DNA from: a virus
Length of the DNA stretch: 64,000 bases
Strand: one strand, 5' to 3'
IMG/VR virus record: IMGVR_UViG_3300032893_000017
Location: 33,319-97,318 of that record
Shown here piece after piece: positions 19,447 through 29,849 of the stretch (position 1 is its first letter; each line of letters opens with the position of its first letter). The notes under the pieces are model-generated. The model made no database searches. It was not told the origin of the DNA and saw only the letters and a program-made list of their open reading frames with translations. Position numbers and translations under genes: made by a program.

Positions 19447-21378
19447 TTAATTATTATCAAGTCCATGGATATTTTTGTAAACATCCTCCAATAAATCCTC
19501 ATTAAAATTCTTCTCTGTATTATGTATAACTCCAGGGATTCTATCACTTATTGTATTAATCAATTTCTGGAATCCAATAAGGGAATAATTACAAGCATGT
19601 AAATAATGATCTGCTCCTGTCTTTCCTACTATTTCATATATTGCACCTGTAGTTTCATCTTCAAACTTTTCTATAACAATATTGCTTCCATGCTTTATGA
19701 ATTCTTCTATTTCTGGATCTAGTCTGGGTAATTCGAATCTCCTCTCTGCAAATTCTTGCAATACTGTTTTTATTGTTGATAGTCTGCTTACAGTTACTAC
19801 TCTTGCAGCCTCATTCCATTTTGGTATTATCAATTTCATTTTTCTTCTTTGCTTTTCATTCTCTCCTGTATCATAAAAACATCCATAACTCTTTGTTGGA
19901 AACCTTCTAGCTAAATAACTATTTCTATCTATTCCTATTCCATTAGCATCATTTATAATTATCTTAGCATTAAAAAATTCTGCTATCTGTTCCACTCTTT
20001 TTACATGATCTGTTTGGATACCTGGAAACCCATAAAGCTTTAATGAGGAGGAATCTATTCTTTCTATATAAAATATTTTTGCTTTATTCCTGTCTGTAAA
20101 ACTTCTGCACATACAAACAACCCAACTAACAACACCCCAATCCACTCCTATACTAACATTTCTCATTCCACCTATTTTCTGATATTGATTAACAAAAGAT
20201 AAATCTATACATTGTTCAAATATGTCTCTGCTTACTTCTGAATCCTTTGTAACATAAGCAACTCCGACTACCTCATTGAAGAATTGATTTATAAATCTAA
20301 ATGTATGATATTTATAAGTTATCTCTTTCCCTGTTTTCCAGGGAAGCATAAAATATGAAACTCTATAAGAACTTTTTATGGGTATTAAACTTTCTTTTCT
20401 TGCTATCCATCTAGAGGATTTTAAATAATGTTCACTTACTTTATTTATATAAGTCCCACAGTGTTTGCAACCTATATATACTTTATCCAATTTTTTATTG
20501 TAGTTCTCTGTTCCTATATCATTTGGACTACTTATCTCAAAGAAATTAATAAGATTATCTGGAAATGTCATTATTTGTTCTCTTTTACATTTTGGACAAG
20601 TTATATGCCATTCAAATTGACATCCTCTATTAAACATCAAATCAATTCCACTTCCTGGAAACTTTGGAGTAGATATTCTTGTTCTCCTACCCATTTCACT
20701 ATGCGAAGTTGATTCTGAAAATATTTCTTCTATTTGTGGATTCTGTGTTTCATATTCATCAAAAGTTAATTTATCTGAACTAGGTCCTCTTCCTTGATAG
20801 TCTGTCCAGCTAGAATCTATTGTATAAAAACTTCCATTTTTAAATTCCTTAGATCTTAAATTAAAAGGTCTAACTACATTCTCTACAATTTTTGGGCTTT
20901 GTTCTATTGCTGGACTTATTTTTTCTTTTGATATTTGATTTGCTAATCCTGCTGTTGGAAATATATGTCTGATATTTGTAAATGGTCTACTTACACAAAG
21001 ATATATATTTTCATTTATCTCGGATTCTGTAAATTCGCTCTGTCTGCATTTTATACACGTCTTCTCTTTTGCAACATCATTTATATATTGTCTCAAATAA
21101 ACTCTTGGAGCTTTTTTTAATTTTTCGTCTTTCTCTCCAAGCATCATTGCTACTTGAGCATCTTCATAACTAAATGGTCTTCCTTGTATTATTCTATTTT
21201 CACTTATCCATTTTTGAACATCGCTTATTCCCTTTTTAAAATTAAGATAAAAAGAAATTTGCTTTCTCATGCTATCAAAGATTTCGTATTCAGCTTCTTT
21301 TGTTTTATTTTCATATTCTAAAAGTCCCTGAATATCTGAAATTACTTTAGATACTTGATTCTTAGATATTTCTTTCAT
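19447..21378 (-). CDS. Terminase large subunit (lambda gpA-like)
   Basis: KCRQSEFTE Walker A variant, FDEYE, ISTP, CPKC/CKHC zinc ribbon, GVDWG, DHYLHA. Confidence 0.9.
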   Translation of the reverse strand: MKEISKNQVSKVISDIQGLLEYENKTKEAEYEIFDSMRKQISFYLNFKKGISDVQKWISENRIIQGRPFSYEDAQVAMMLGEKDEKLKKAPRVYLRQYINDVAKEKTCIKCRQSEFTESEINENIYLCVSRPFTNIRHIFPTAGLANQISKEKISPAIEQSPKIVENVVRPFNLRSKEFKNGSFYTIDSSWTDYQGRGPSSDKLTFDEYETQNPQIEEIFSESTSHSEMGRRTRISTPKFPGSGIDLMFNRGCQFEWHITCPKCKREQIMTFPDNLINFFEISSPNDIGTENYNKKLDKVYIGCKHCGTYINKVSEHYLKSSRWIARKESLIPIKSSYRVSYFMLPWKTGKEITYKYHTFRFINQFFNEVVGVAYVTKDSEVSRDIFEQCIDLSFVNQYQKIGGMRNVSIGVDWGVVSWVVCMCRSFTDRNKAKIFYIERIDSSSLKLYGFPGIQTDHVKRVEQIAEFFNAKIIINDANGIGIDRNSYLARRFPTKSYGCFYDTGENEKQRRKMKLIIPKWNEAARVVTVSRLSTIKTVLQEFAERRFELPRLDPEIEEFIKHGSNIVIEKFEDETTGAIYEIVGKTGADHYLHACNYSLIGFQKLINTISDRIPGVIHNTEKNFNEDLLEDVYKNIHGLDNN

Positions 21379-22085
21379 TTTCTCTCGTCGTGTTCTTTTT
21401 TTGTCTCTAATATAATTAGCTGAAGATCATCAGCAATTTGCTGTAATAACACATCATCTTTAATTCTTTTAATTAAAACATTTTTAAACTTTAAAAACAT
21501 TGTTTCAACTGCATCTCTTGAAAATACTACTTTAGGTGAATAAACTATATCATGGTGAGTTTTTTTCAACTGCATTAAACAAGATAATATTCCATCTCTT
21601 CCTACTAACAGCCATGGTTTCTTTTTTATTTCTCTATCTGAATAATTCTCAAGAACATATCTAAAATATGCTAGTATTACTTTTATTTCATCTTCTAAAG
21701 TTTCTAACTTCTCTCTAGGAAGTTGCTCCATTTGTTCTATTTCGTTTTTAAATAATTTTAAATTCTCTTTTCTTAGAATTCCAAATTGTTGATATAATTG
21801 AATCTCTTTTTCAACTTTTTTTTGAGGAGTATGTTTACCAAAATGTTTACCACAAAATAATTTACCTCTTATTGCTTCTTTTGAACATTGCTGATTTTTT
21901 TCTCCTACTTTTAAAATTGCCTGACATCTTATCCCTATACCTTTTTTATTAGATAATAATTTTTCCCATTTCATATTCTGCAATCTATAGATTATTTGTT
22001 CTTTAGATTGTTTATTATTCTCTAGTAGTTCATCAAATTCTTTTTCTTTTTGTTGAATCTTTTTTTTATTGTTTTTATCTGTCAT
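21375..22085 (-). CDS. Probable terminase small subunit
   Basis: RCQA..QCSKEA...FCGKHFG motif; directly upstream of and coupled to TerL. Confidence 0.6.
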   Translation of the reverse strand: MTDKNNKKKIQQKEKEFDELLENNKQSKEQIIYRLQNMKWEKLLSNKKGIGIRCQAILKVGEKNQQCSKEAIRGKLFCGKHFGKHTPQKKVEKEIQLYQQFGILRKENLKLFKNEIEQMEQLPREKLETLEDEIKVILAYFRYVLENYSDREIKKKPWLLVGRDGILSCLMQLKKTHHDIVYSPKVVFSRDAVETMFLKFKNVLIKRIKDDVLLQQIADDLQLIILETKKEHDERK

Positions 22086-22620
22086 TTCTCTTTTCTTTCT
22101 ATAGTTAATGTATAGAACTCTCTATTTTCAATTTTATCTACATTGTTATATATCGTTTTATAACATTTTTTATCATCACTTGAATTTTGTATAAAATAGA
22201 TATACTTCTTAGCTGAGTTAGTAACAATATCAAACATTTCATTATCAATATAAATATGTCCCAAATAAACCCATTTTATTTTTTTACTGGATTCCAATGT
22301 AGGTTTCTCAGAAGATTGTATTTTAATAAATATATTATTTCTATTTATTTTCATTTTTTGTTTTCTAACCAAAGAACATAATGAGGGATAAAATCAACAA
22401 TACATTTCAAACCTGCTTTTTCTTGAATGTAAGCATCTTGTCCTGTTTCTTTTTTGTACTGTTCTCTTTTATCCTGACTGTCTTTTGTTATTTTTTCAAA
22501 AATACAATCGGTAACATTACATCCTTTAATTTTATCTTTGCATACATATTCTTCTAGACTTTCATTGTTGTTTATTTTTATCATATTTTTGCATTTTAAT
22601 TTCTTCTTCTCTGTCATAAT

Positions 22621-23265
22621 TTACTCCTTTATTAATAAATTAAAATATGGTAACTTCTCAATATATTCACAAAATTGTGACCAATAGAACATTTTATGAT
22701 TTTTCCTTGTATTATAAATATTTCTTAATACCTCATAATTTGCTGTCCAATGAGATTCTAAAAGATAACCAGATGGAAGATTAGCATCTATAAGTTCAAA
22801 TAAAACTTTTATATCTCCAGCTTCATTTGGTAACTTATTATATTTTCTAATAAGCTCGTTTAGTTTATTCAACATTTCAGGCAATATATTTCTTTCAAAA
22901 TCATCCTGAGTAACCTCGCCTTTAGTTAGACAGTGCATAGTAGACTCAGAATTTCTAACTGTTCCTATTTTAAAAGTATCCATTTGAGCCCAAAACTTAA
23001 TAGATCCTTTAATATCCATTGAAACTAAAATCTGTCTAAGAAACTTTCTCTCTGCTGAAGTCTTCAATAATTTTTTAATAAGCTTTTCATCTTCTTCGCC
23101 TATTTCACAATGATTAAAAGATTCCCATAATATAGGTTCAGTTGCTATTTGACTAGAATAATATTTGGATTGAATACTATCACTTTTATCTTTTGATTTA
23201 AAACTATTCCTTATTCCCAGAATTGCTGGATACATATTATAGATAGCTATATTTTTTACCTGCAT
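22621..23265 (-). CDS. ThyX-like (flavin-dependent thymidylate synthase fold) phage protein
   Basis: GIRNS...RKFLRQI...FWAQMDT...SESTMH...LPSGY...NYEVLRNIY..RKNHK...W. Confidence 0.6.
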   Translation of the reverse strand: MQVKNIAIYNMYPAILGIRNSFKSKDKSDSIQSKYYSSQIATEPILWESFNHCEIGEEDEKLIKKLLKTSAERKFLRQILVSMDIKGSIKFWAQMDTFKIGTVRNSESTMHCLTKGEVTQDDFERNILPEMLNKLNELIRKYNKLPNEAGDIKVLFELIDANLPSGYLLESHWTANYEVLRNIYNTRKNHKMFYWSQFCEYIEKLPYFNLLIKE

Positions 23266-23636
23266 ATTTCCTCCTGTATTTCCACGTTATGTTCTTCCTG
23301 TTCTGCAGCTTTAAAATGTTTCTTGGGATGTTCTCCTTTCATAAATTCTAACAACATTAAATTAGCTACATCTACTAGATATTCTGTATTTCCTGTAAAT
23401 AAGTATTCTTGTAATTTACTTTTTGCATATTTCACATAATTATATTTCTTTGCTTTTCCATATCTAAAAAATCCCATTATCATTCTATTTTTCATAAGAG
23501 TTTCAAATTCAACAGACCAATTTTCTTTTAATATTTCTTTTAAAGATAAAGCTTTTAAATTATTTAATATTGATAATTCATTTTCTTTCATACTACATTT
23601 CCACTTCCATAAATTCTTATAAAATTCTCTTATCAT
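23256..23636 (-). CDS. MazG-like dNTP pyrophosphohydrolase (dATP/dGTP type)
   Basis: MKNRMIMGFFRYG...Y..TGNTEYLVDVANL.LLEF. Confidence 0.5.
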   Translation of the reverse strand: MIREFYKNLWKWKCSMKENELSILNNLKALSLKEILKENWSVEFETLMKNRMIMGFFRYGKAKKYNYVKYAKSKLQEYLFTGNTEYLVDVANLMLLEFMKGEHPKKHFKAAEQEEHNVEIQEEICR

Positions 23637-23741
23637 TTGCTTCTTTTAAATGTTGCTATAATAGGATTTTTCATCCATTCATTTATTCTTTTATGAAAAG
23701 CATTTAAAGATTGAAATATTTCTATCCATTCTTTGTCTGTT

Positions 23742-24260
23742 TTAATGTTTTTCTTCTTCTTCATATTTTATAAACCCACAGTTTCTCATAATTCTTTCTT
23801 CATGCTCATCTAATAAAGGAAGATTATCTACTAAACAATAATATATATCTATATCTACTTGTTCGTTTAAGAGTTTATTATATTCTTGTTGTTTTGTATC
23901 CCATTCTTCTTGAGTGGATACTATTCTAGTATCATTGATTTCTATTTTCTCTTCCTTTGCTTCTCCTACTGGAACAGCTTCTTCTTTTGATTCTGGCTTT
24001 TCGTCTTTCGGAATTTCTTTTACTTCTGTATCTTTTAATGTTGGATCTGCTAATTTATGAGTCTGTAACCAAAGACATAATTCTACAAAAGATTTATTGG
24101 CTCTTATTGCTCTAATTAAAACTTCCCTTGTTCTGTCTTTTGCATAAAAGAATTTTGAACTACATTTCCCCCAAGCAGGCATTCCTTTAGCGTGTGCTTC
24201 TGCTTCCCTTCTGTCAAAAACTTCTAGCAATAAAGTAATAGATAAAAAATTCAATTTCAT
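23742..24260 (-). CDS. Hypothetical protein
   Basis: ORF with AAGGAG SD. Confidence 0.55.
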   Translation of the reverse strand: MKLNFLSITLLLEVFDRREAEAHAKGMPAWGKCSSKFFYAKDRTREVLIRAIRANKSFVELCLWLQTHKLADPTLKDTEVKEIPKDEKPESKEEAVPVGEAKEEKIEINDTRIVSTQEEWDTKQQEYNKLLNEQVDIDIYYCLVDNLPLLDEHEERIMRNCGFIKYEEEEKH

Positions 24261-24278
24261 TTAAAACTCCTTATATAA

Positions 24279-24719
24279 TTATTTTTGTAATTCATTAAAT
24301 ATATTTTTCTCTTTTACTAATTCAAATGTTTCTGGTTGCCATTTTTTCTTTCTTCCACATTTCAAAGATTCCTTAATTAAATCATATCCTGAGTGTCCTT
24401 TAAATTTTATTTCTTCTTCTCTATTTATTTTATAAAACTCATGAGGATCCTTAATATTTATTGAAACAGCATACAATTCAAACTCGTCTATAATCCTTAC
24501 ATTCTTTTCTTTATGAAACTTTTTGATTATTCCTATACATTCCATTTTTATTTTATCTTTTAATTTTTTATTATAATAATCTCTTATCTGCTCTCTTATG
24601 AACCTATCAAAAATCATTTCTTGCTTTGTTTTGCATTCTTTATACAGTTCAAAAATAGCTTTAATAAAAAGAGATACAAAAATAACTACTAACATAAAAA
24701 TCAAAAAATTATTTAACAT
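24279..24719 (-). CDS. Hypothetical membrane protein
   Basis: N-terminal TM helix. Confidence 0.5.
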   Translation of the reverse strand: MLNNFLIFMLVVIFVSLFIKAIFELYKECKTKQEMIFDRFIREQIRDYYNKKLKDKIKMECIGIIKKFHKEKNVRIIDEFELYAVSINIKDPHEFYKINREEEIKFKGHSGYDLIKESLKCGRKKKWQPETFELVKEKNIFNELQK

Positions 24720-24731
24720 AATCTTATTTCC

Positions 24732-25139
24732 TTATACAAATTCTGGATTTTCATAAATATCTCCTATAATCTCTATTATTTCATTTTCAAAATTCCCAAA
24801 AGCTAATCCATTTCTATAATCCTCACCAATTGTAATATAACAAGCCATATTTTCATCATAAGATATATATCCTGTCATAATATAATCCAATTTATTTTTA
24901 CAAGTTTCACATTTACAATTTGGTTTATTATATCTTTTTATAATATCACCCTCATAAATCTCTTTCCCATTTTTATCTTTTAATCCGGTATATTGCATAA
25001 GTTCAAAATTTTCTTTTTTTAAATCATCATATTCATCCAAATCTAAAATATATAACCTTAATATTCTTAATAATTGAATATCAGAATACCACATAAATTT
25101 ATCTATTTTATTCCAAGCACGAAATTTAATTTCTCTCAT
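24732..25139 (-). CDS. YopX-family protein
   Basis: MREIKFRAW...LMQYTGLKDKNGKEIYEGDI...EIIGDIYENPE. Confidence 0.9.
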   Translation of the reverse strand: MREIKFRAWNKIDKFMWYSDIQLLRILRLYILDLDEYDDLKKENFELMQYTGLKDKNGKEIYEGDIIKRYNKPNCKCETCKNKLDYIMTGYISYDENMACYITIGEDYRNGLAFGNFENEIIEIIGDIYENPEFV

Positions 25140-25300
25140 ACCTCTTCCTTCTCAATAAAATCTATACATCCATATTCTTCATAAATACATGGACTTAAAA
25201 ATAATCTCCATCTCCATTTGCCCTTTATATGTCTTTGACATCTTTTGCAACGTTTACTTTTTTTACCATGACAATAAAATATTATCATTTTAATCACCTT

Positions 25301-26202
25301 TTATTTTTTAATATAAGCTAGCATTTCATTAATATTCTTTCTAAGAGTATTGTATATATGCCGGTTAAAAAGCCTCTCATTTATATCAATAAAATTAACA
25401 CAGAATCTTTCCATCTTTCCTTTATGATCACATTCTACTTGAAATTCTGATTTCTTTGAATCTTGTATTGGAACAATCTTTAATGCTGGAAAATCTTTTC
25501 TTAGTCTTTCTATATATACATTCATATTATTTTCCTAACAAATCATTCATCTTCTGCTCTAAATTCTCCGTTACCCTGGAGGTTCCTATAATTTGTTCAT
25601 CATATTTAATTTTGCATTTCAAATGAACAAATCCAGTAGGTAGATTTTTTGCTTCTATTGGAATATTTTGTTTTTCAACCTTATTTCCTTCTTTATCTAT
25701 TATAGTATAGATATCTGTAGGTAAAATGGGTTTCCAACAAACTGAACATTTATGATACATTCTTCTTTCCTTTTTTTGTTGCAAGATTCTTATGTTGTCT
25801 TTGATACCCGTTTAGATCCTCTTCTAATAAATCTTCATTTTCTTTAAGTTCTTGTAAATCAGGATCCAGTGGTTCTACTTGTTCTGGTTCTTCCATTTTC
25901 TCTTTTGTTACTTTATCTTCGATTTTCTGTTCTTGTATTACTTCTGATCCTTTTATTTCTCCTGCATTTGTCGCATCCAAATAACCTTTTTCATGTGCAG
26001 ACTTTTCTCTAATTACAAAATTATCCAATATTGTAGAAGCAAATCTTTCAAAGTTACTTCCTTTCCTGAAATCATATTCAGTAATTGGATCATTCGGATT
26101 GAAAGCTTTTCCATATTTAGCTATACCCAAAACTTTCATCAATTCAACTTTTAATAATTCTTCCCCGTCCATCAATTTTAAATCTTTGTCTAATTTTAAC
26201 AT
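25301..26202 (-). other. Three hypothetical genes (25301-25525, 25527-25784, 25750-26202)
   Basis: Coupled ORFs downstream of the RecA-like gene. Confidence 0.5.
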
Positions 26203-26215
26203 ATTTATTCTCCTT

Positions 26216-27304
26216 TCATTTTATTTGATTAACTATTTCTTCTTTTAAACTATTATTCTTTTCAAATAGTTCAAAAAAATCAACAGTATTATAAGCTTTC
26301 TTTTTATATTTTAATTTTGTTCTTTCTTTATTACTGTCTACTATTCCTTTTATAGCAAGAAAATTAGCTAAATCCCAGACTTCATCAAAACCAAATCCAT
26401 ACAATAATTTCAATTGGCAAGTCTTTTGTGGAATATAAAGTTTATTCTTAACTGTTTTGCAGTTTACTAAAATACCTACTTCTTCCTTTTCTTTTTTATT
26501 CTCTTCTTCGTCTTCTACGGTTTCCTCTTTTGACTCTACTACATCATCTAAAGTTTTAACTTTTGAAACTATTTTATTTGCTCTTAATGTTTTACATTGT
26601 ATTCTACACCACTCGAAGAATTTAAGCGATTTTCCCCCTTTCGTATCTTCTGTCTTTCCATATTGTCCTATCACAGAAGATAGCTGATTTATTAAAATAA
26701 AAGCAAATTGTTTTTTATCTGCAAGTTTTGAAAATCTTGTTGATACTTTTCCAAATAATCTAGAATGAACTCCCATATTTTCTTTACTGTAATTTCCTTC
26801 CATTTGACTTCGAGTTCTTGCCCCACCTACACTATCACAAATAAATAAATCAAAATTAAACTTATTTATAAGTTCCTCTGCCATATCAAAACCTTGTTCT
26901 CCAAAGTCCGGTTTAAAATAATAAAAGTATTCTGGATCTATATTCATTTGACTTGCATAGTATTGATTTAATCCTCTTTCAAAGTCACCATAAAGAACTC
27001 TTGCTCCATTTTTAGCAGCATGTTTTGATATTGATAAAGCTATTGAAGTCTTTCCTACAGATTCACTTCCAAAGAATTCTATCATCTTTCCTTTAGGAGC
27101 ACCACACATCATATCTCCTGTAATAATATAATTAAGATAATAAGAACCTGTATGAATAAAATCTAATGAACTGTATTTCTCATTTTTATCTGGGAGTTTA
27201 AAAACATAGTTACCAAACTTTTTCTTTGAGTATTCTAGAATGTCGTCTTTTTTCTTATTGGACTTTTTCTTTTTTTCATCTATCTCGTTTAAGTTCTTTT
27301 TCAT
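26216..27304 (-). CDS. recA: RecA/UvsX-like recombinase
   Basis: IHTGS..LN, PKGKMIEFFGSESVGKT, DFER, GEQ, DSV, INQL, GGKSLKF, KNKL. Confidence 0.9.
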   Translation of the reverse strand: MKKNLNEIDEKKKKSNKKKDDILEYSKKKFGNYVFKLPDKNEKYSSLDFIHTGSYYLNYIITGDMMCGAPKGKMIEFFGSESVGKTSIALSISKHAAKNGARVLYGDFERGLNQYYASQMNIDPEYFYYFKPDFGEQGFDMAEELINKFNFDLFICDSVGGARTRSQMEGNYSKENMGVHSRLFGKVSTRFSKLADKKQFAFILINQLSSVIGQYGKTEDTKGGKSLKFFEWCRIQCKTLRANKIVSKVKTLDDVVESKEETVEDEEENKKEKEEVGILVNCKTVKNKLYIPQKTCQLKLLYGFGFDEVWDLANFLAIKGIVDSNKERTKLKYKKKAYNTVDFFELFEKNNSLKEEIVNQIK

Positions 27305-27465
27305 TACTTTCTATTCTCCAATACTTTTTGAACTTCTTCTTGACTACATTCTTTCAAAAACTTCTTTCCTTTTCTCCTAAAATATTTTGGAGCCAAATCT
27401 TCTCCATTTTTATTTCTTCTTATTCCATATATATTTTGCTGTGATTTACTTTTTCCTGCTGCCAT
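27304..27465 (-). CDS. 53-aa basic protein (not in ORF track)
   Basis: MAAGKSKSQQNIYGIRRNKNGEDLAPKYFRRKGKK...; AAGGAG SD; TAATG overlap with recA. Confidence 0.55.
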   Translation of the reverse strand: MAAGKSKSQQNIYGIRRNKNGEDLAPKYFRRKGKKFLKECSQEEVQKVLENRK

Positions 27466-27477
27466 TTTATCTCCTTA

Positions 27478-27583
27478 ATAAAAAAATAGTGTAGATTGGA
27501 AGGTAAACAACCAATAACAATTAGTTTCTATTATTTTAAGACATTATAGCTAATTGCTTCTCATCCAACAAGACTACACTATT
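27478..27583 (-). ncRNA. Structured intergenic RNA / attenuator-like long hairpin with U-tract
   Basis: Nested inverted repeats 27485-27494/27574-27583, 27496-27500/27564-27568, 27518-27524/27550-27556, followed by a T-run on the minus strand. Confidence 0.45.
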
Positions 27584-27588
27584 AGATC

Positions 27589-28617
27589 TTAAAACTCATC
27601 GTCTTCTTCGTCTTTTTTCTTAGAACTTTTCTTTACTTTTCCTATAGGTTTCTTTTTTCCTTTATCTCTATTAACTTTCTTTCTTGGTTGCTCTTCTACT
27701 TCATCCTCAAATTCATCTTCTACAGAATCTGTTTCGCCATCGTCATCTTGTATTTCTTCTTCTGGCTCATCTTCAAAGTCATCGTCCTCAAAATCATTAT
27801 CCTGTTCTTCCTCAACTTCCTCATCTTCAAACTCTACTTCTCCAGATAAAAATTCCTTCATGATTTTTTTAACTTCAGCATCTGTTTTATAATAAAATGT
27901 TTTATCTATATCAGGTAAGTCTCCTTCTGCTTTAGGACTTTTACTTATCTTATCGCATGGAACAATTTCTACAGGTGTATTCTGTTTTGTCACTTCACCT
28001 TTTGGAGCTTCTTTAACAAACATCAAATTTCTATTAACCAAATCATCCGATGTTTTCATAAAGGAGTATTTCTCAAAGATACTTAATGTAAGCTTATCAA
28101 ACTGTATCTTTGATAACTGTAATATTTTAGGCTGTGTTTCCCATTCTGGAACATACTCTACAATAAAACCTTTCTTTGTTTTTATCTTTTCTTTTACTGC
28201 TTCTCCAGCAACAGCAACAAACTTTGTAGTTTGTTTTGTTATCAACATCTTTCCTTGCTTTTTCATTTCGTCAATTTCCATTTCAAGTTGCTTTGCTTTT
28301 TTAGCATCGTTTTTTTGCTTTAATATTTCTACTTTGTCTTTTAATTCCTTAATTGGATCCCAGAAATGTTCTTTTGCTACTTGACAAGCAGGACAAGAAT
28401 CTGGAGCATAACCTTTACTCTCCAATCCCCCTAAACAAACAAAAGAATAAAACTTCTTTCCTATTTCAAAAGAATGAAGAAATTCAGAAACAAACTCTTT
28501 TCCTAGAAGCCTTACAAAAATCCTTCCTTTTTTAAACTTAATATAGCTGTTCTTCCCTCGATCCCCTGCATGGGAAGTTGAATCTATATCTTTTTTATTA
28601 TCGATTGAACCTTTCAT
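27589..28617 (-). CDS. Single-stranded DNA-binding protein (gp32-like)
   Basis: H..C..CPAC zinc site, VRLL, long acidic C-terminal region; next to recA. Confidence 0.65.
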   Translation of the reverse strand: MKGSIDNKKDIDSTSHAGDRGKNSYIKFKKGRIFVRLLGKEFVSEFLHSFEIGKKFYSFVCLGGLESKGYAPDSCPACQVAKEHFWDPIKELKDKVEILKQKNDAKKAKQLEMEIDEMKKQGKMLITKQTTKFVAVAGEAVKEKIKTKKGFIVEYVPEWETQPKILQLSKIQFDKLTLSIFEKYSFMKTSDDLVNRNLMFVKEAPKGEVTKQNTPVEIVPCDKISKSPKAEGDLPDIDKTFYYKTDAEVKKIMKEFLSGEVEFEDEEVEEEQDNDFEDDDFEDEPEEEIQDDDGETDSVEDEFEDEVEEQPRKKVNRDKGKKKPIGKVKKSSKKKDEEDDEF

Positions 28618-28659
28618 AAATATATCCTCCTTTATTTTGGTTTCTTTCCTATATAAGTA

Positions 28660-28691
28660 ATTATATACTCTTTTATAAGATTTTGTAACAA
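28660..28691 (-). promoter_or_regulatory. Phage promoter motif TTGTTACA-N16-TATATAAT (copy 2)
   Basis: Intergenic, upstream of the SSB gene. Confidence 0.75.
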
Positions 28692-28695
28692 AAAT

Positions 28696-29208
28696 TTATA
28701 TATTTTTTCTTCTAAAGTATTCCCCCATCAATAAACTATCTCCATCTCCATGTTTCTCTATTTCTTTTTTATATTTTGGAAATAATCTACTTGCTATATC
28801 ACAACTAGCTTTTTTTAATTCTCCTTTTTCTAACCCCTTTGGGAGCATTCCTTTTTGCCATTCACGACTATCAACATAATTTAAAGAAAATCGCATTTGT
28901 TCAATTATAATTAGAGTTGCTTCCAACGCCCTTATAGCAGATACAGAAGCCTTCCACCTCATAGGATTTATCATAGGTCTTTCTAAATATACTTTTACAT
29001 TGAAATTGTTTTTAGATTCTACTGTTAATGTAAAAGCTGAAAATATAACTTTCAATCTATTTATATCTATTCTAGTAATAAATTGTTTCTGTTTCGTATA
29101 ACTTAATTCTTTTCTTACAGGAGTTAAATGAAAACTATATAACCCATCAAAGAAAATAGCTATACTACCTGAAATTCCGTTATCGATAGCAATTATCGTC
29201 TCTTTCAT
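28696..29208 (-). CDS. RuvC-like Holliday junction resolvase
   Basis: IAIDNGISG, YLERP, EWQK, DGDSLL. Confidence 0.75.
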   Translation of the reverse strand: MKETIIAIDNGISGSIAIFFDGLYSFHLTPVRKELSYTKQKQFITRIDINRLKVIFSAFTLTVESKNNFNVKVYLERPMINPMRWKASVSAIRALEATLIIIEQMRFSLNYVDSREWQKGMLPKGLEKGELKKASCDIASRLFPKYKKEIEKHGDGDSLLMGEYFRRKNI

Positions 29209-29849
29209 TTTTTATCCTTTGAATTTAAAACATATTTATTATTATCTATCCATTTTATTATTGGAATGCCTACTGGAAGAACACTTTTAAAGTATTTAAT
29301 ATTTTCCCAAATAAACCATGCATATACCATCATTCCTGTTTTATATTTTCCATCTTTCCTTCTTGTTTCTTCCAATAATGGATATCTTGTAAAAATATAA
29401 ATTTTTGTTAATGGATAACTTTCATCAAGAAATATTTTTTGTTCATATCTTTTTTGACCATGCAAATATGAAAGTGGAAGTAACATTGCAAATTTTTCTT
29501 TTGCTATTTCTTTTGATTTCTGAATAAATTCAAATGCTAACCTAAAAGGTGGATTCGTTATTATATAATCAACGGGTGTAATACAATCATTAGTTAAAAA
29601 ATTTTGATATTTATGATATAGAATATCACTTGAATAAATATTTTCTTCATTAAAAAATTTTTTTAATATTTTTCTTATTGCTCCTTTTCCACATGCAGGT
29701 TCTCTTATTTTTTTATTATAATCAAATTTTTCATTCTCTAATAATTGTTCTGTCATACTGTAAGGTGTTTGATAAAAATCTGATTTATGTCTTTGCCCTC
29801 TATTACAAGCACTAAAACATTTACCTTTCATTTTATTTCCTTTAAACAT
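29205..29849 (-). CDS. Amino (N6-adenine/N4-cytosine) DNA methyltransferase
   Basis: DFYQTP, EPACGKGAI, ITNPPF, YAWFIW. Confidence 0.85.
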   Translation of the reverse strand: MFKGNKMKGKCFSACNRGQRHKSDFYQTPYSMTEQLLENEKFDYNKKIREPACGKGAIRKILKKFFNEENIYSSDILYHKYQNFLTNDCITPVDYIITNPPFRLAFEFIQKSKEIAKEKFAMLLPLSYLHGQKRYEQKIFLDESYPLTKIYIFTRYPLLEETRRKDGKYKTGMMVYAWFIWENIKYFKSVLPVGIPIIKWIDNNKYVLNSKDKK

